NCBI GenBank assembly: GCA_013239625.1
Contig: MU054187.1
Location: forward strand, 14,914,974 to 14,978,973
Direction: 5' to 3'
Length of the DNA: 64,000 bases
DNA from: Lama guanicoe
Taxonomy: Eukaryota
Below the pieces are notes generated by a model that was given only the letters and a program-made list of their open reading frames with translations, was not told the DNA's origin and did no database searches. Of the stretch, positions 1-13,620 are shown piece by piece. Position numbers and translations under genes: made by a program. Every line of letters starts with the position of its first letter. The stretch's first letter is position 1.

Positions 1-95
1 AACTGAGGCTCAGAGAGGTAAAGTCATTTGCTTGAGGCCACTCAGCTGAAAAGCTAAAAAGCTAAGACCTGCAGTTGCTCTGGCTCTGATGTCTG
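1..95 (-). mobile_element. MIR SINE fragment
   Basis: AACTGAGGCTCAGAGAGGTAAAGTCATTTGCTTGAGGCCACTCAGCT matches the reverse complement of the MIR core. Confidence 0.75.
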
Positions 96-1089
96 GGCTC
101 CTACCTACTGTTCCACATGACAGAACGATTTCAGAACAATAAACCTCTCTGGGCAAAACTCAGGCTGTCGTGTTGAAGATTTATGGGAAGAGCTTCCCCC
201 TTTCTTGCCTTCTGAAATTCTCTGCAATGCAGCCAGCTCACATTCACCTCTTCTTGGACTTTCCACTAAGGAGAATTTAATTAGTTGACTCACAAGCCTC
301 TCTTTCCAGGACCAGGCTGACCAAAATGAGGAGACGGCACTTTCTCTGAGCTCTGTGGGACAGAGCCAGGCGCATGCCACCAGCCACAAGATATTTCTGC
401 CAGAAACAGAATTTGCTGGAAGACACTGGGGGGCCAGGAGACACCTACCCCCACTGGTGATGGCAGCCCCCGAGAGACACTGGGACTCTTGCAGAGAACA
501 GAGAGGTCCCCCACCACAGGCAGGGCTGCACCTACCCCTCTGCCTTCTCAGATCAGGCTTCCCACAATGTAGGCCTCACTCTGGTCTGACTGGGGGAGCA
601 CTAGGGGCGGCAACCTGCAAATCTGACAGATCTCCTTCGAACGTGGGAGTCAGTGGAGCCACCAGAACCAAGAACAACAGAACAGGTGCAGCTGAAGGGC
701 TGGGATGAGAATTCCATGAATGGGTGCGAGAGCCCAGGGCCTGGGACTCACCTGTAACCCGGCTTCTCCCCTTGGAAGATCAAGTCCTCAGCCCTGGCTC
801 TTTCTGTACCCCTTTCAGGCTGATCACAGAAACCTGCCTTATGCAACTCTCCCGCTTCGGTTCTAAGGGGAGCATCTGAACGCCGTCCAGGTGGACGGGA
901 GAGGAGCCAAGGTGAAGTCGGCCACAGGAAAGGAAATCGGGCCAAGAGTGGGCCTGGACTGACCTGCCCTGATTCACACACGACTGAGCCCAAGTAAGCC
1001 AAAATAAGCAGTGGTCAAAAATTCTACACCAACCTCTCTTCTCCCAAGAATTTGTCTTCTTCGTTGGAACAAACCTCTTTAAGAAGAGG

Positions 1090-1193
1090 TTTTTTAAAAA
1101 ATGTATTTAATGGAGGTACTGGGGATTGAACCCAGGACCTCGTGCATGCTAAGCATGGACTCTACCACTGAGCTCGACACCCCTCCCCGCCCC
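1090..1193 (-). mobile_element. tRNA-Ala-derived SINE (camelid vic-1 type)
   Basis: Minus strand reads ...AGCTCAGTGGTAGAGTCCATGCTTAGCATGCACGAGGTCCTGGGTTCAATCCCCAGTACCTCCA followed by an A/T-rich tail. A and B boxes and an AGC anticodon-like loop are present. Confidence 0.8.
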
Positions 1194-2027
1194 TAACCTC
1201 CCTGCTGGTGACGCGCCCACACACTGCCTCCGCCTCCACGTCGCTCCTGGTTAATTTCCGGCTGCACTGCTGGTTGTTTACACAGCCATCTCTGTCACTC
1301 GGTCACAAATTTCCGGGAGGATGGAGCCATATCGTTCTCACTTTGATTTCTCGGAGGGAACCAACTCTCCTTGCTTTACACAGAGCACGTTTTCGGGAGA
1401 TGGTCAAAATGATTACAACACTGACTCTAACATGAACCAGTTCTCATTCACTTTCCAATTACCTTGTCAAACCCTCCCAACAACCCAGCGAGGCTCTAGG
1501 ACATTCCCGACGTGCAGCTGAAGAAGCCTGAGGCGCGCACAGGTCAAGCCACTCGCCCGGGACACAGCACTGGACTGGGGCTGCAGTGTGTGTCCTTAGC
1601 CACGAACAGCCTGGACCGCCCCACTGCGCCCTGGAACTACGTGATACAAGTGATGACAGTGTTTTTTCAGGGAAGAAACGAGAGCTCTTAATTCTCCACG
1701 CCTTCGCCCATGCTGTTCCCTCTGCTTAGAAAGCCTTTCTCCCCCTTTCTATTCCTGGAGACTCCAACCAGTCTTCTCAAGAGCTGCCCCTTGAAGTCTC
1801 TCTGGCTTCCCTCCCAGGGTCTGAGGACCCTCTGTCGGGCTCTTACACGTACTGTCACAGCTTGTACCACCTGCAGGTTTTCTCAAGCTCCTGCCCCAGC
1901 CCATGAGCTCTCTGAGAACAAGATCTTTTCAAAACACCCAGCATGGGCACATTCGACAGCTGTTGGCTGTGTCAGTTCATTCAGCTGGGTCCCAGGAAAT
2001 CAGTGTCACTGACCATGAAGGACTCTC

Positions 2028-2078
2028 TTCCGTTTAATGGAAATGACCATAACAAACGGTCATTTCCATTAAACGGAA
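2028..2078. repeat. Perfect inverted repeat, 21-bp arms with 9-nt spacer
   Basis: TTCCGTTTAATGGAAATGACC (2028-2048) - ATAACAAAC - GGTCATTTCCATTAAACGGAA (2058-2078). Confidence 0.97.
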
Positions 2079-2481
2079 CTACTTTTATGCAGTAATCTCA
2101 GCACGGGGATTTAAAAAATACATGTAATACACGTAGTCGTTAGCTGATTTAGGAACTGTCAGAAACCTGACTAGCTCTTAGCCTTGTACTGCGGATTCTA
2201 AACCTCCAAGGAAGAACACCAACCCAAAGATGACAAATCAGTCAAAATCAAGTATTTCCAGTGCCTACAATGTCTTGGCACCTGTGCTAGGTTCCATGCA
2301 AGATATAAAAATAGAATTTGTTATCTGTATAGTATATACTAATAAGTATAAAGCAGACCACTGAAGTCCAAAAAGGATTTACTCATGATGGTCATTTTCT
2401 TTCCAGGTGTGTAGTATAAGTAAACATTTTATTCTGGAACAACACTCAGAATTCTTATTGAAAATGGCTCTAGCTAGCTTT

Positions 2482-2772
2482 TTTTTTTTTTCAACTGAAG
2501 TTTTAGCTAATTTACAATGTTTTGTTAGTTTCTGGTATACAGCATAGCGATTCAGTTACATACATATTCTTTTTCATTATAGGTTATTACAAGTTATTGA
2601 ACATAATTCCCTGTGCTATACGGTAGGACCTTGCTGTTTATCTATTTTATACACAGTAGTTTTGTGTCTGCTAATCCCAACCTCCCGATTTATTCCTCCC
2701 TGCCCCTTTCCCCTTTGGTAACCATAAGTTTGTTATCCATGTCTGTCAGTCCCTTTCTGTTCTGTAAATAAG
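2482..2772 (-). mobile_element. 5'-truncated L1 (3'UTR only) with target-site duplication
   Basis: PolyT head, L1 3'UTR motifs (TTCCCTGTGCTATA, GGTAACCATAAGTTTG), 13-bp TSD TCTAGCTAGCTTT at 2469-2481 and 2773-2785. Confidence 0.9.
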
Positions 2773-5700
2773 TCTAGCTAGCTTTAGATTGGTGCTTAAT
2801 TATTAGAAAAAACTTTCAGTAGTCCTGTGTGGCTTTCGAGCTCATTAGTTCAGTGTTTATTAATTCAGACTTCTAAAGATTATTTAGAATTTAAGTGAGC
2901 AAAACTGTATACTCATTAGAGATACAATGGATAGGAGACAGGAGGAACAGAAAAATTAAGAGAAAAAAATCCCAAAAATGTCATGAGAAAATTCAGTTCT
3001 GCACAGACTATCTTAAGTTCCTAAAGGTCTTTACACCTACTTATTGTAGGGATTGTAAATTTATCGATTTGCCTAAAAATTTTATTTTTATCCTACAAAG
3101 AGATCGCTTCTTAACCTCCATGGCTTGAAAGCTTAAACTTTCACATCTCTGGCTAATTCAGAGTCCTCACAGAGACAAACTGATCTTGCGTGATTCAACG
3201 TGATCCACGATTTACTTATACCTGAAGAGTTGATGATATAAACAACTTTATATTTTGATTCACCTAAGAAGTACTTATCATTTAGTTAAAATATTTATTC
3301 TTTTCACACTTTCCTGTTTAAGAGCAGTAAGAAAACCTGATGACGGAAGAGAACCAGTAACCAGTTTCTTAATGGAAAAATCAGACTGTTCAAGAGACCC
3401 CTGCACCTCAAGCACCCGCACACCTGCTAGTGTTCTATCAGGAAGGATGACTTCTCAAGTGGTTGGTCAGACCCCGCTGAGCAGAAGGCCCTTTCAAGCA
3501 GGGACTTGCCACTGTGAAGGATGTGCAGGAAGCCTGGACGTTGCTCTTGGACACGCTCGCTCTTGGAGAGCAGGCGGATTCTCTATTACAAGTCAGAGAA
3601 GAGATCAAACAAAACAAACCTGCAATGAGTGAGAGCAGGGACCAGAGAAGGAAAGGATGTAGATGGTATCATGGAACACCATAAACTCAAAGCAGACCTC
3701 CAGAATCAAAAACCTTAGGTTCTGATCCTAAGGTGAACCCAAGTGCTCCTCCCGGGACAGCTAACTCACTCACTGTTCTGTGTCCTACCTACTCCACGTG
3801 GGTAAGACGCCTACTCATGTCCTTCCAGAGGCCCCCCTGGGACAATGAATTTGCGGGCCTGAAAGGAGCCACTGTGATGTTTCCACTCTCTTTGTTTAAC
3901 TAGTAAGTAGGACATATCTTCATGCCAGTCATGGGCTTATTCTCTTCATTTTGTACACATGATCATGAATAAAAAGTGAAAGATTCCTTTTCTAAGCAAC
4001 TTAGACAAAGAAAGTCATGGATGCTAATTTCATTCTTTTACATGGACTTAGTCAAAGATGCCAGGCGGCATGAAGAGGTCATGAAAGCTATGACTATGGC
4101 TCATCACCCAGATACTGTGATGACTATTCTCTTAGTAGAGTAATAAATAAATAAATAAAAAGGATTTGCTAATTTGATTTTAGACAGTGGAATTGTGCAA
4201 ATAGAGATGTCAGCTATAACCACAACCAAACCTTGTTCAGCACCTTGTCTTAGTTTATCGTATCTTCGTATAAAATAATTCCCTGCTTCTTCTTACATGT
4301 GGCTGTCTCTGACTCAGAAATTTCTCTACCCCAGCCCTCTCTAGTCTTTTTTCTAACAACTCTTTATTATAAATGGCAATGCAAATCTTTGATTTTGATG
4401 TTTACATTTCCTCTGGAGGCTCTTAAATGCACAAGGCTTCAAAATGCCCTTCTTACAGGAATCTCATCGGCTTTGTTTTGTTCCTCCTCTAATGTTCATG
4501 ATTTGAAAGCTCCTCCCCAAAGTGTCTCCATCATCCTTCACGGTCCGCTTGTGCTCTTAGCTAACTATGCTCAGACCCTTAGAGCTTTAACTTCCTTGTG
4601 CACAACCACTTGTACACGAGATGAGTTCTCCTCCACAAATTTTGAGGATCTAGTTCTTCATGCCTGGAATGATTTATTCACAACCTGATGGTCCTGTCCC
4701 AACTTCTGCTGCTTGCAATCCACCTTGTGAACGGCAGCTACAAACATTCTCCTCAGATGTTGTTTTGCTCATGCCAGTAACTCCTCAGAACTCTGAAATG
4801 GTTTCCACTTGTGTGCTGTTGCCTCACACCTGATTAGTACTTTTAAGACCCTTTAATAGTCGGCACCCCTTATCTAACTGTCCTCTTCCCGCACCATGAG
4901 ACAGCTGTGCTCCAAACCACTGCGAAGCAAAACACTGAGTCTTAGATTCATACATACCAGAGCGGGGTGCAAAATCCAGAAGGGGTGCGAGTATATTTTT
5001 GTACACACATTTGTAGGATTTCTCAAAGGGGATGAAGCTCTGGAATCTGAGTCTGACAGCAGGGGGTCTAACCAGCGTCTCTAGCCTCCCTCTTTCCTAT
5101 TATTTTTATTCTTTTCTACAGACCAACGGCATTAATTTTCAGGAATTTCAGAGCAGCACGACGACTGTCCTCCTCAAATTTACTGTCTTTCTGGATCATG
5201 TGTCCTGGCAGTAGGACGAGACTGAAAGGGAGGCGTCTCCCAATGAAAGAGCCTTGTTTTCAGGTTCTGTTGGCAATGGAGTCATTAGGGAACATCCATA
5301 CAGAACATTCGATGATTAATAAGGATGTGAAACTAAAAGCAAGATCTACTCCAGCAAACCACAAGGACAGCACTGCCCACAGGTAAAGGTCACTAGTGAC
5401 CTTTACTGCTATTAAGCATTTTTATTTCCTCTTCAGGCTGTGAGTCATCAGATACACTACTCTTCCCCCACCTGGCAAAATCTCCATTTGCCTCTGGGAC
5501 AATTCATGCCTTTGCTTCTGTTTAAAATGTGGCTCAAGGCTCTAATTCTTTATGAAATCACTCCAGAACCCTTCCACCTGGCACCAGACACGCCAGTTAC
5601 ACCAAGAACCCCTCTTTATTCATGCCATCTAATTTTCTCCCTTTTTTCATTACTGGGCATTTCTTTAGGGCCAGCATTCATATGCGTACACGTTTACACA

Positions 5701-8700
5701 GTCACTATTTATGAGGGTGGACGCTTCAGACATTTTCTTTTCTTTCCTTTGTTGGCTTACGCCTTCTGCTTCTCTTGAAATATCTTTAAGGTCTTATTAC
5801 TGGGCACCAAATACAGAGGAGCTCAGTAAAGATTACAAATATAGCAACTGTAATTTGAAGAAAACTTTTGTTTAGTAACTGAACCTCAATATCACAAAAT
5901 TAACACATTACTGAAGATTCCAAAGCAAGGAAAAAAAGGAAAACTTTCTTCTCTTTCTTCTCTCATAAACTTCATTTATGAAAATAAACATCAGTTTCTG
6001 CTCATGGTATGATCATATTTTAATCATTCCAACAATGAGTTGAAAGTCATTCTGATCTAATGAGGAGTAAGAGGAACAACAATTTTGAAAAATACTTTCA
6101 CTGCCAAGTTTATACAGTAACATTTAAAAAAAAAAAACCCAACACATTAGTAGGATATGTGTGGCCAAGTAAAAAGTCCTTGGAACTGCTTTATGAAGAG
6201 TCAATTTACTCCTTTTTAATACCTATAAGACCGATCATTTAGACATTTTAAACTACTTCAAAGCCTGTATCGAATGAGTGCTAACATTGGGCTGGATGAG
6301 TTACTCTGTGCTTTATTTAACTACTTCCTATGAGTACATGTTACCTCCCACCAACCCGAAGCTGGAGGAGGGTCAGACTCACGCCTCTTCTCTTCCCTAC
6401 AGGTCGAGTGCTGTGCTAAGTGCACAGCACCTCACAATGCGTCTAAGATGATCAAGCATGACCAGTGTGCGACCTGTACTCCTGGAATGCGCAGGGAGCT
6501 TCAAGGCAGCTTTGATCTTGGTGAGACGTTCCTAACAGTGAACACTGGTAGGATGTTCTCCCTCCCGGCCCACCACCTTCTGATTGAGGACAAGTCTGGA
6601 GTTGGAAAAACAAAACGTCAGTGACTTCTCCTCATGGGGTAATTTCCACAAGAAACATCGTTGGTCCAGTTATGTGAAGGCAAGACTCAAAAATAGGCAA
6701 AGGAAGTGAATTCACATGACAGCAGTGACCCAGATTGGGGCTTTCTGTGACCATCTGTGTCCAGTTTCCCACTTCCTTGCTCCCACTTTATTGATAAGAA
6801 AGAGAGACTGACTTTAGTAAGTTTGAAATAAGTCACCCATATTCCGGGAATGAACGAACCTTGCTGCTAACCTTACCGAGGGGCATCAGAACATCAGACA
6901 CACAAACGTCTTAGATTTGCTTCGGTTCCTCACCTACCATGTCCAGCCCATCAATTCCTGCTAGGTTTATCCTCTGTTTCTTTCCTACTCTGGTCCTAAA
7001 CTGGGTCTTTGTCATCCCCAAAGACCTGGTGGCCAGTCTTGGCCCCATTCAAATCCATCCCAAAGGTAGATGGTTCCTTGCTCAAATTCCTTCAAAGACC
7101 CCCAAGGCCAACAGCAGGAAATCCAGCCCCCAAGCCTTCACAATCTCGTGTCCTATTATATCTCAACGTACTAAACTTCAGCGAGCCTGAGAGTAACCTG
7201 GGAAGTTTGCAAAGTGCAGACTTCCAGGCCTTTGAATTAACAAAGATGTGTCAGTTCAACATTGGGTGGACGACCAGGATCCCTTGCAATCTGCCACGGG
7301 GGCAGATGGGCACACCTGGAGGAGCGCTCCTCTTCCGTATGACACCTGTAGGAACCCACCCGGGCACTTTTACCCCACCCTGTCTTCTTCAGGATGTCCC
7401 TTTCATCTGGAACCTCCCTGCCACTGTTTGCCTCCTGCCTAATCTCGACTCACTCTCCACAGCTCACCTGCATTTGGTGTTTCTCCTTCTCTTGCATGTC
7501 TATTCAGAATTTATGATATTAAACTGAGATTATCTGTTTATGTTTGTCTCATGCGCAAGACTTGTGGCTGCTGAATGAATAATGTCTGTTAAATGAATCA
7601 GTGGCAAAATGCAGCATATGACTCAGTAATCCTGCTTCCAGACAGATCTTCCTAAAGGAGCCTGTGTATGCAGGTTAAAGGAAAAAAAGTCCTACCCCAA
7701 ACCTCAAAATCTAGTGGACGTTAAACGTTTGAGCTCTCATGGTTACAATTCACCTTGCATGGCAGATGATAAGTTCACAGCACACGTTCAGGCACTGGTA
7801 ACCCTTCAAGACATGTCAGCTCTGTTTGCATCGGATCCAAAGGTAGCGCCCCAATTCTATCCTCAGGATGAAAGAAGGGCGCTTGCACTAATGCATAATC
7901 AACATGAGGGAAACCTTTAGCAGGGTCCACCCTGCTTCCGTATCTGCAAACAGCGCCAAAAAATTAACCAATAGCCAAACAGCTAACTTTGCTGTCTCTG
8001 TTCCCAAATGGTGCTAATGAGATTCCCGCTACCAACAAAAATCCTGTCTTACAGACTCTATGCAGAAATTTTAATTAGAATTAAATAATTTGAATTTAAA
8101 TTGTATTCTAAGTATTAAAAATTTTTTCTTAATGAAAGCATAGTCATCTTTCCTTCAGCATTATGAAATTCTTATGCACTTGACATTTTATTGTTAGCAT
8201 TCCTATTGTCAGGGGTAAAATTACATATTTAAAGAGACATTTTATTAAGTTTTCTTAATTTAGTCTGGGCCTGCTATGGATCTTGGGAGTGATCACAAAA
8301 GACTAACAGGGTCGGGCAAAGGACAGGGGCCCGGGAAGGAGGGCGTTCCAGGCGGAGGGAGCTGCCTGTGCAAAGCGCGCAGGAAACCGTCTGCAACAGC
8401 CCCGCCCCGCTCACTGCACTGGTCCTGCTGCGCAGGACCTGCAGCCCATCTGATCTTAACGACAGGTTTCGTTTCTTATGCATCTCTGTACTCCTGGGGC
8501 CTAGTGCCATGTTTGGACAGAGCTGGCACTAGGTCAATGTTTGCCAAATGACGTTTCTTTAGCACAATAATTTGTGAGAGTGATATTTTGTTCCAGTGTG
8601 TTGCCAAGAAAGAAAACGGGCCGACTGAGCCTACTCACCGGGGTAGGTCCCACAAACCTTAGAAAGCATATTTTCACAATTTCGAGAGCAGACATTCTGA

Positions 8701-8939
8701 TACATTTTCATAAGGCAACAGATTCCCAGGCACTTAAGGTGAGAATTGCTTTGTTTGTCCTTAAAAAACAGCTGCGTCCAGTATCACGTACATGTAGTTC
8801 CTCTTTTGTGGCATGCCTCATCAATGTCTTTGCTCCTTGGAGTCTGTGTCTAACCTCTTGACATATGGCACAAATCTTTCTGATTTCCAGGCCTATGGTC
8901 CCTTTTGTCTTTTAGGCCAGTATCTCAAAATTCAAGAAG

Positions 8940-9700
8940 TCAAAAGTCCAAATTCACCTTCCTCTCTAAACCTGTATCTTCCTCCCCCGTCCCTGTCTGG
9001 ATAAACAGGCCTGCATCCATCTGGTTGGCCAAGCCAGAAACTCGAGTCACTCTGACGCTTCCCTTCTCAGGTTCACCGCACCATCAACCATCAGGTCCTA
9101 CTGAGTCTAGCTGGGGGCTCTCACCCCTACACTTACTGCTTCCCACGGCCCCTGCCGCAGCTCAGCTCAGTCCACGGGCTCTTACCTAGATTACAGGTTA
9201 GCCAATTCCTACTAATCTGTCTCCAGTCCTGTGGCCTGCCCCTTCCACTTGCCATTCTTTATACCACCTGCAAATAAAGTGATTTTTCTAAAATTTGATC
9301 ATATAAGTATCATGCCTAAAACTCTCAGTAGCTCTTCCCTGTCTTCAGGAAAATGTCCAAATTCCCTGTTTTGGTCTGTGAGACCCTGCCTGCTTCTCCA
9401 CCTCATCTCTCAACAACCCCTGCCTAGCACTCTCTTTTCCAACTAACCCAAACATTCTGCAGTGCCCCAAATACACATGGGCCATTGTCTTTTGCACCCT
9501 TCTCCCCCTTCTTCTGGAAAACATCTACACGTCCTTTGGGTCCCAGCTGGATACCGCCTGCAGAATCTCTCCTCCAGCCCCAGAATATGACTAAGCATCT
9601 CCTATGCGCTACGTAAGCTCACAGCAAGGTGCCACTCATCCGATAGGTCACTGCTTTTTTATCTGCCCCAACCAGATGCTGATGGAAAGAATTGGGTCCT
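8940..9700 (+). mobile_element. L2 LINE remnant
   Basis: Degenerate L2-like motifs (CCAAGCCAGAAACTCGAGTCACTCTGAC; ATTTTTCTAAAATTTGATCATA...CCTAAAACTCTCAGTAGCTC). Confidence 0.6.
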
Positions 9701-12700
9701 AATCATAATTTTACATTTTCATAGTATGCAATTAACTAACATTACAAAGAGTGATTAAAATTAACATTTCACAGACGTAAGAATCAAATCTTATTAAATT
9801 GGGCTGGTAACCAAGTGTTTTTTCTGGGAATCCAGGCCAGAGTGTTAACTGATGACGGATAAGGGTTAAAGGTACCACTCTTTGGGGCACTGGCATCTTT
9901 GCAAGGTAACCTGTCAGTTCATAGCTCAATGGACTTTCAAATCCCCGGATGAGCGAGAGTGGGTGGGAACAAGTGCCTAAGGCTGGTAGAGGGTGGGTGA
10001 AGCCCCATTACCTGACATCTCGTCATCCTCGCTCTTGAATCTAAGTTCTAGCTTCTGTGGGGTATCTCCTCAATGTGTTTTGACTAAAGGCTCCCTCATG
10101 TGAATCTCAAACCTTTCCCTTAACAGATGGAAGTAAATTATGAAATCTTGAAGTATTAATTCAAAAACGCTCCTACACCAATATAAAAAAATCAGACAGG
10201 GGCGTCTAGATTAAGCAATTTAGATGAAAAATTTGACTTGATATTGTAAAAATCAGCAAAAATTTAAAAAATCATTTAAAAGTTTTTAAAAACTAAAAAC
10301 TAAAAGTTATTTGTTAATCTCGGGCATAACTGATTATTGTAAAAAGAAAAAAAGCTGGAAGGTGAATTAATTGTATTTTACTTGGCTTGAATCAGTTTCT
10401 GCTGGTGCTCAGGGAAATCCTAAGACAATCTGACTTCCAAGAGCTGCACTACTTTGGAGGCAATCTTGATTCCTTCCACATTAATTAAATTTCTGATAAA
10501 GCAGCTTATTCTGAATCGAGCATATTATACAAATAAATGTGGAACACCCACTGAAACAGAAGGGCAGAATTATTAAACGCTCATTTGGTTTTATTCTCGA
10601 CAGGCTGTTGTACGCAAGCTGAGTGACTTACATAAATACCTTTGGCATTCGTTGGATCCTGTTCCTAAACACAATGTTCATATTTCATCTATAATAAGAA
10701 AAGCATCTCAAAGATTTGCAAGGCACCAGTCTTGCGAGCGTCCAGTTCGGTGTCTTGAGTAAAGTGAGATTGGCAGAGTCAGCTTAATCCATAATGGAAA
10801 GTTGCGAGCGGGGTGCCGGGGCGGCCGGGCAGCTGCGCTGAGGCGCCTCCCCGCTCCCCAGCAGGCACACAGCGCTCGGCCACCTGCCCCGAAGCAGCTT
10901 CCCCGGGGCAGGGCGAAGGTTCACACGTGGCACAGGGGAGGGAACTCCAGCGCAACCACAGCTTTCCACTCCGCGGAAAACACGACCTGGAGGGTGGTTT
11001 TCATTACAATGCAGCTATACTGAAAAACGTGTAACGGTTGCCTTAACTCTGCATATCCACAGAATGAGGAAAAAGGTCACAGCTAAATGAGATGGAATCT
11101 GCTGAAAACCACACTGTCTAAAGCCAACTCAGAATTCTACAGGGAAGAGCAAGGCCAACGTGCGTCCCCAAAACCTAGCTCATCGTCACCCTGGGTTTTT
11201 TCTTCCCTCCAGTCTCCGCGGCCGGTGTCCACCACGCGAGTCTCTGCAGGACTTAACGAACCCTCTTGTCCCACTCACACCTTCCCCGGCACCTTCTCCT
11301 CGCCCTCGTTGTTCAAAGCGGAGAGCCAGGCCTCCACGACGCAGGGTTACAGAGGAATGCTCTCAGCGGCCAAAGAGTCTGGGTAACCGTGTGGCCCTCC
11401 CATGACTCCGGCCTAAGACTTGGGGTTCATTAAATCTGCATGGCTTGGACCTATCGGTTAATCATTAAAACACAGGCTCACCTCCATGCCTCCCGGTTTC
11501 TTGAGAAGGCTGGGGAAAGAATTTTTTTACAGGAAGATCTTTAGAAACGATTCAGTCTAAGAACCTTTTACAAGGTTCTCAATATACAATGTGTTCCCAT
11601 GTTGTGTGTAATGGCCTGTTCAACCAGGAAGGGACGGAACAGCAGAGCGTGATGAGGGCTCCCTGGTCCAGGCTAGGGAGCCACCTTCTACCCAAGCCCT
11701 GCACCATGCTTGTGGGCAGGACAGAGCTGACACCTAGGTCATCTCTGTGGTGGTAGCTGCTCCCTCCACACACCCACAGGATTCTCAGTGATTGCTCGGC
11801 CCATTATGAAGTCCTGGGCCTCATGATATGAAGAAGCGAGTCTTTCTTTCATCATCCTGGAGAAGAACATGAGGAAACAGGCGTCTCACTTTCCCCCACG
11901 GGAAATGGGCATCCTTTGGTAAAGAGGAGGGATGTGTATTTAGAACTGTTGTGTGCAATACAAAAACTGTAACACACGTAAAGGATAGTGGTGACCTACA
12001 CTAATATATCCAAACAATATGAAGTTTTACTATCTTATATTGTCCCCAAGATCACACCCCAGCCGAGCTTAATGTCAACACAGGTGCCACTTCCTTGCTC
12101 AGTAACTGCCCGCTGACAGTACAATGACTCCATACAGAGGCTGAGGCCTGGACACACAACCACGTCGGCACACAGGTGGTCAAGCTCGGTGCACTTAACT
12201 CCCTTCCCTTTGTTTACCCCATTTCTGCTTCCCAAGCCTGCCTGCCTTCCCTTCCTCCCTCCATCTGTACCTCCATCCCTGTCTGGCATCCTGGGAACAG
12301 TACTTGCAAGATGGACATATTTTCTAAAACATTAACTCTACACGGTGATTTACATTTTAAAGTCTCATGACAACCACTCTCTCCAACCCCTAAAACAACC
12401 TTCCTATGAGGAAAAAAGCAAGTATCAGTCTCCATTCATAGTAAATTTTCTGCACCTCAGGGCCAGAGTATTTGCACCGAGCCTCTGGAATCTGTTCGTA
12501 GAAGGGCCAGTGACAGGCAGCAGAGGCAGACGTGGAGAACACAGAGGGCAAAACGAAAGCGTATAACTAATGCTCTTCTCAGCCGTAAATTCCCACATTT
12601 TAGGTGACTTCCCCAACATTTCTTATATAACAGCCTTTTCATGAAAATGACTTACAAGACATTACAAGGAAGTCACCTTCCTGTGAAAAATCACTTATAC

Positions 12701-13620
12701 CAAACTAATAGTTGAAAATTAACCAGAACCCTAGTAGAACAAAATAAAAATTCATGGAAAAGGTAACCTAAAATTGTTTTTAAAGATATGATACGCCCAC
12801 TAACATTAAAGAAACACAGACAGAATATAAACTATAATGATATCGACTTTCAAAAGAGAAAGAGAACCCTTTTGTCCAGGAGAATTTAAGAATCTCAAAT
12901 TCCCTACCCTCCACAATTCCTTGGCAGAGATTGAGCTTCTTCCTAAAACTGGTGGTAATAAGTTTAGTTGGGATCCACCATGTGCCCTGACTCATGGTTG
13001 ACTTTGAGCTTTGATCACTAATAAGTGAAGTGTGAATCAAGTCAAGCAATCTTGTGAGGACCTGTTCTACTGAATATTATTTGAACCAAAGGAAAATGAC
13101 CCCCTCCCCCCCCCCAAAAAAAGGCTGGACAAGAAAAACTTTCAAAAGGAAATAGACAGCTGACTGTTGAGCAAACTTAGATTTTTTTTTAAAAAACAGT
13201 AAGCTCTTATGTTATGCCTTATTACAGATTTTGGTGATGTCAAATATAAAGGAGGAGCCAATGTTATCACAGTCAGTAAAAGTGACTTCCTGGAGATTCC
13301 ACATCTGGGAGCACTCACAGGTACCACTGGACCAGCTCAGGCCTCTGAAGAACGGAATTAACAGTTCGCCTTAACCAGAAGCTCTTCTTCCCTGGCTGTG
13401 CTGTAAGTCCTGACACTTTAATGATGCTGACTTAATCAGGGGAAAGGGTACCTGTAACACATCCTCTGGCATTTTCTGTACTTCCTTGACTATTGGCCGG
13501 ATTACAGGATGATGAATTGCGAGAGCTATGTTTCCTGCCGGAGAACTGTGGCTTAAAAAGGTCCGGCCAAACAGAATTAGAAGCACTGGCAGTGTTCATA
13601 CCCAAAGTAGTGAGGATTTA

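Noticed and set aside
1111..1185. Possible tRNA-Ala gene on the minus strand
   Set aside because: The acceptor stem is degenerate and it carries SINE-type 5' G-run and A/T tail; better explained as a SINE.
4236..4245. TTCAGCACC RE1 left half-site
   Set aside because: No GGACAG right half-site nearby; isolated half-sites are common.
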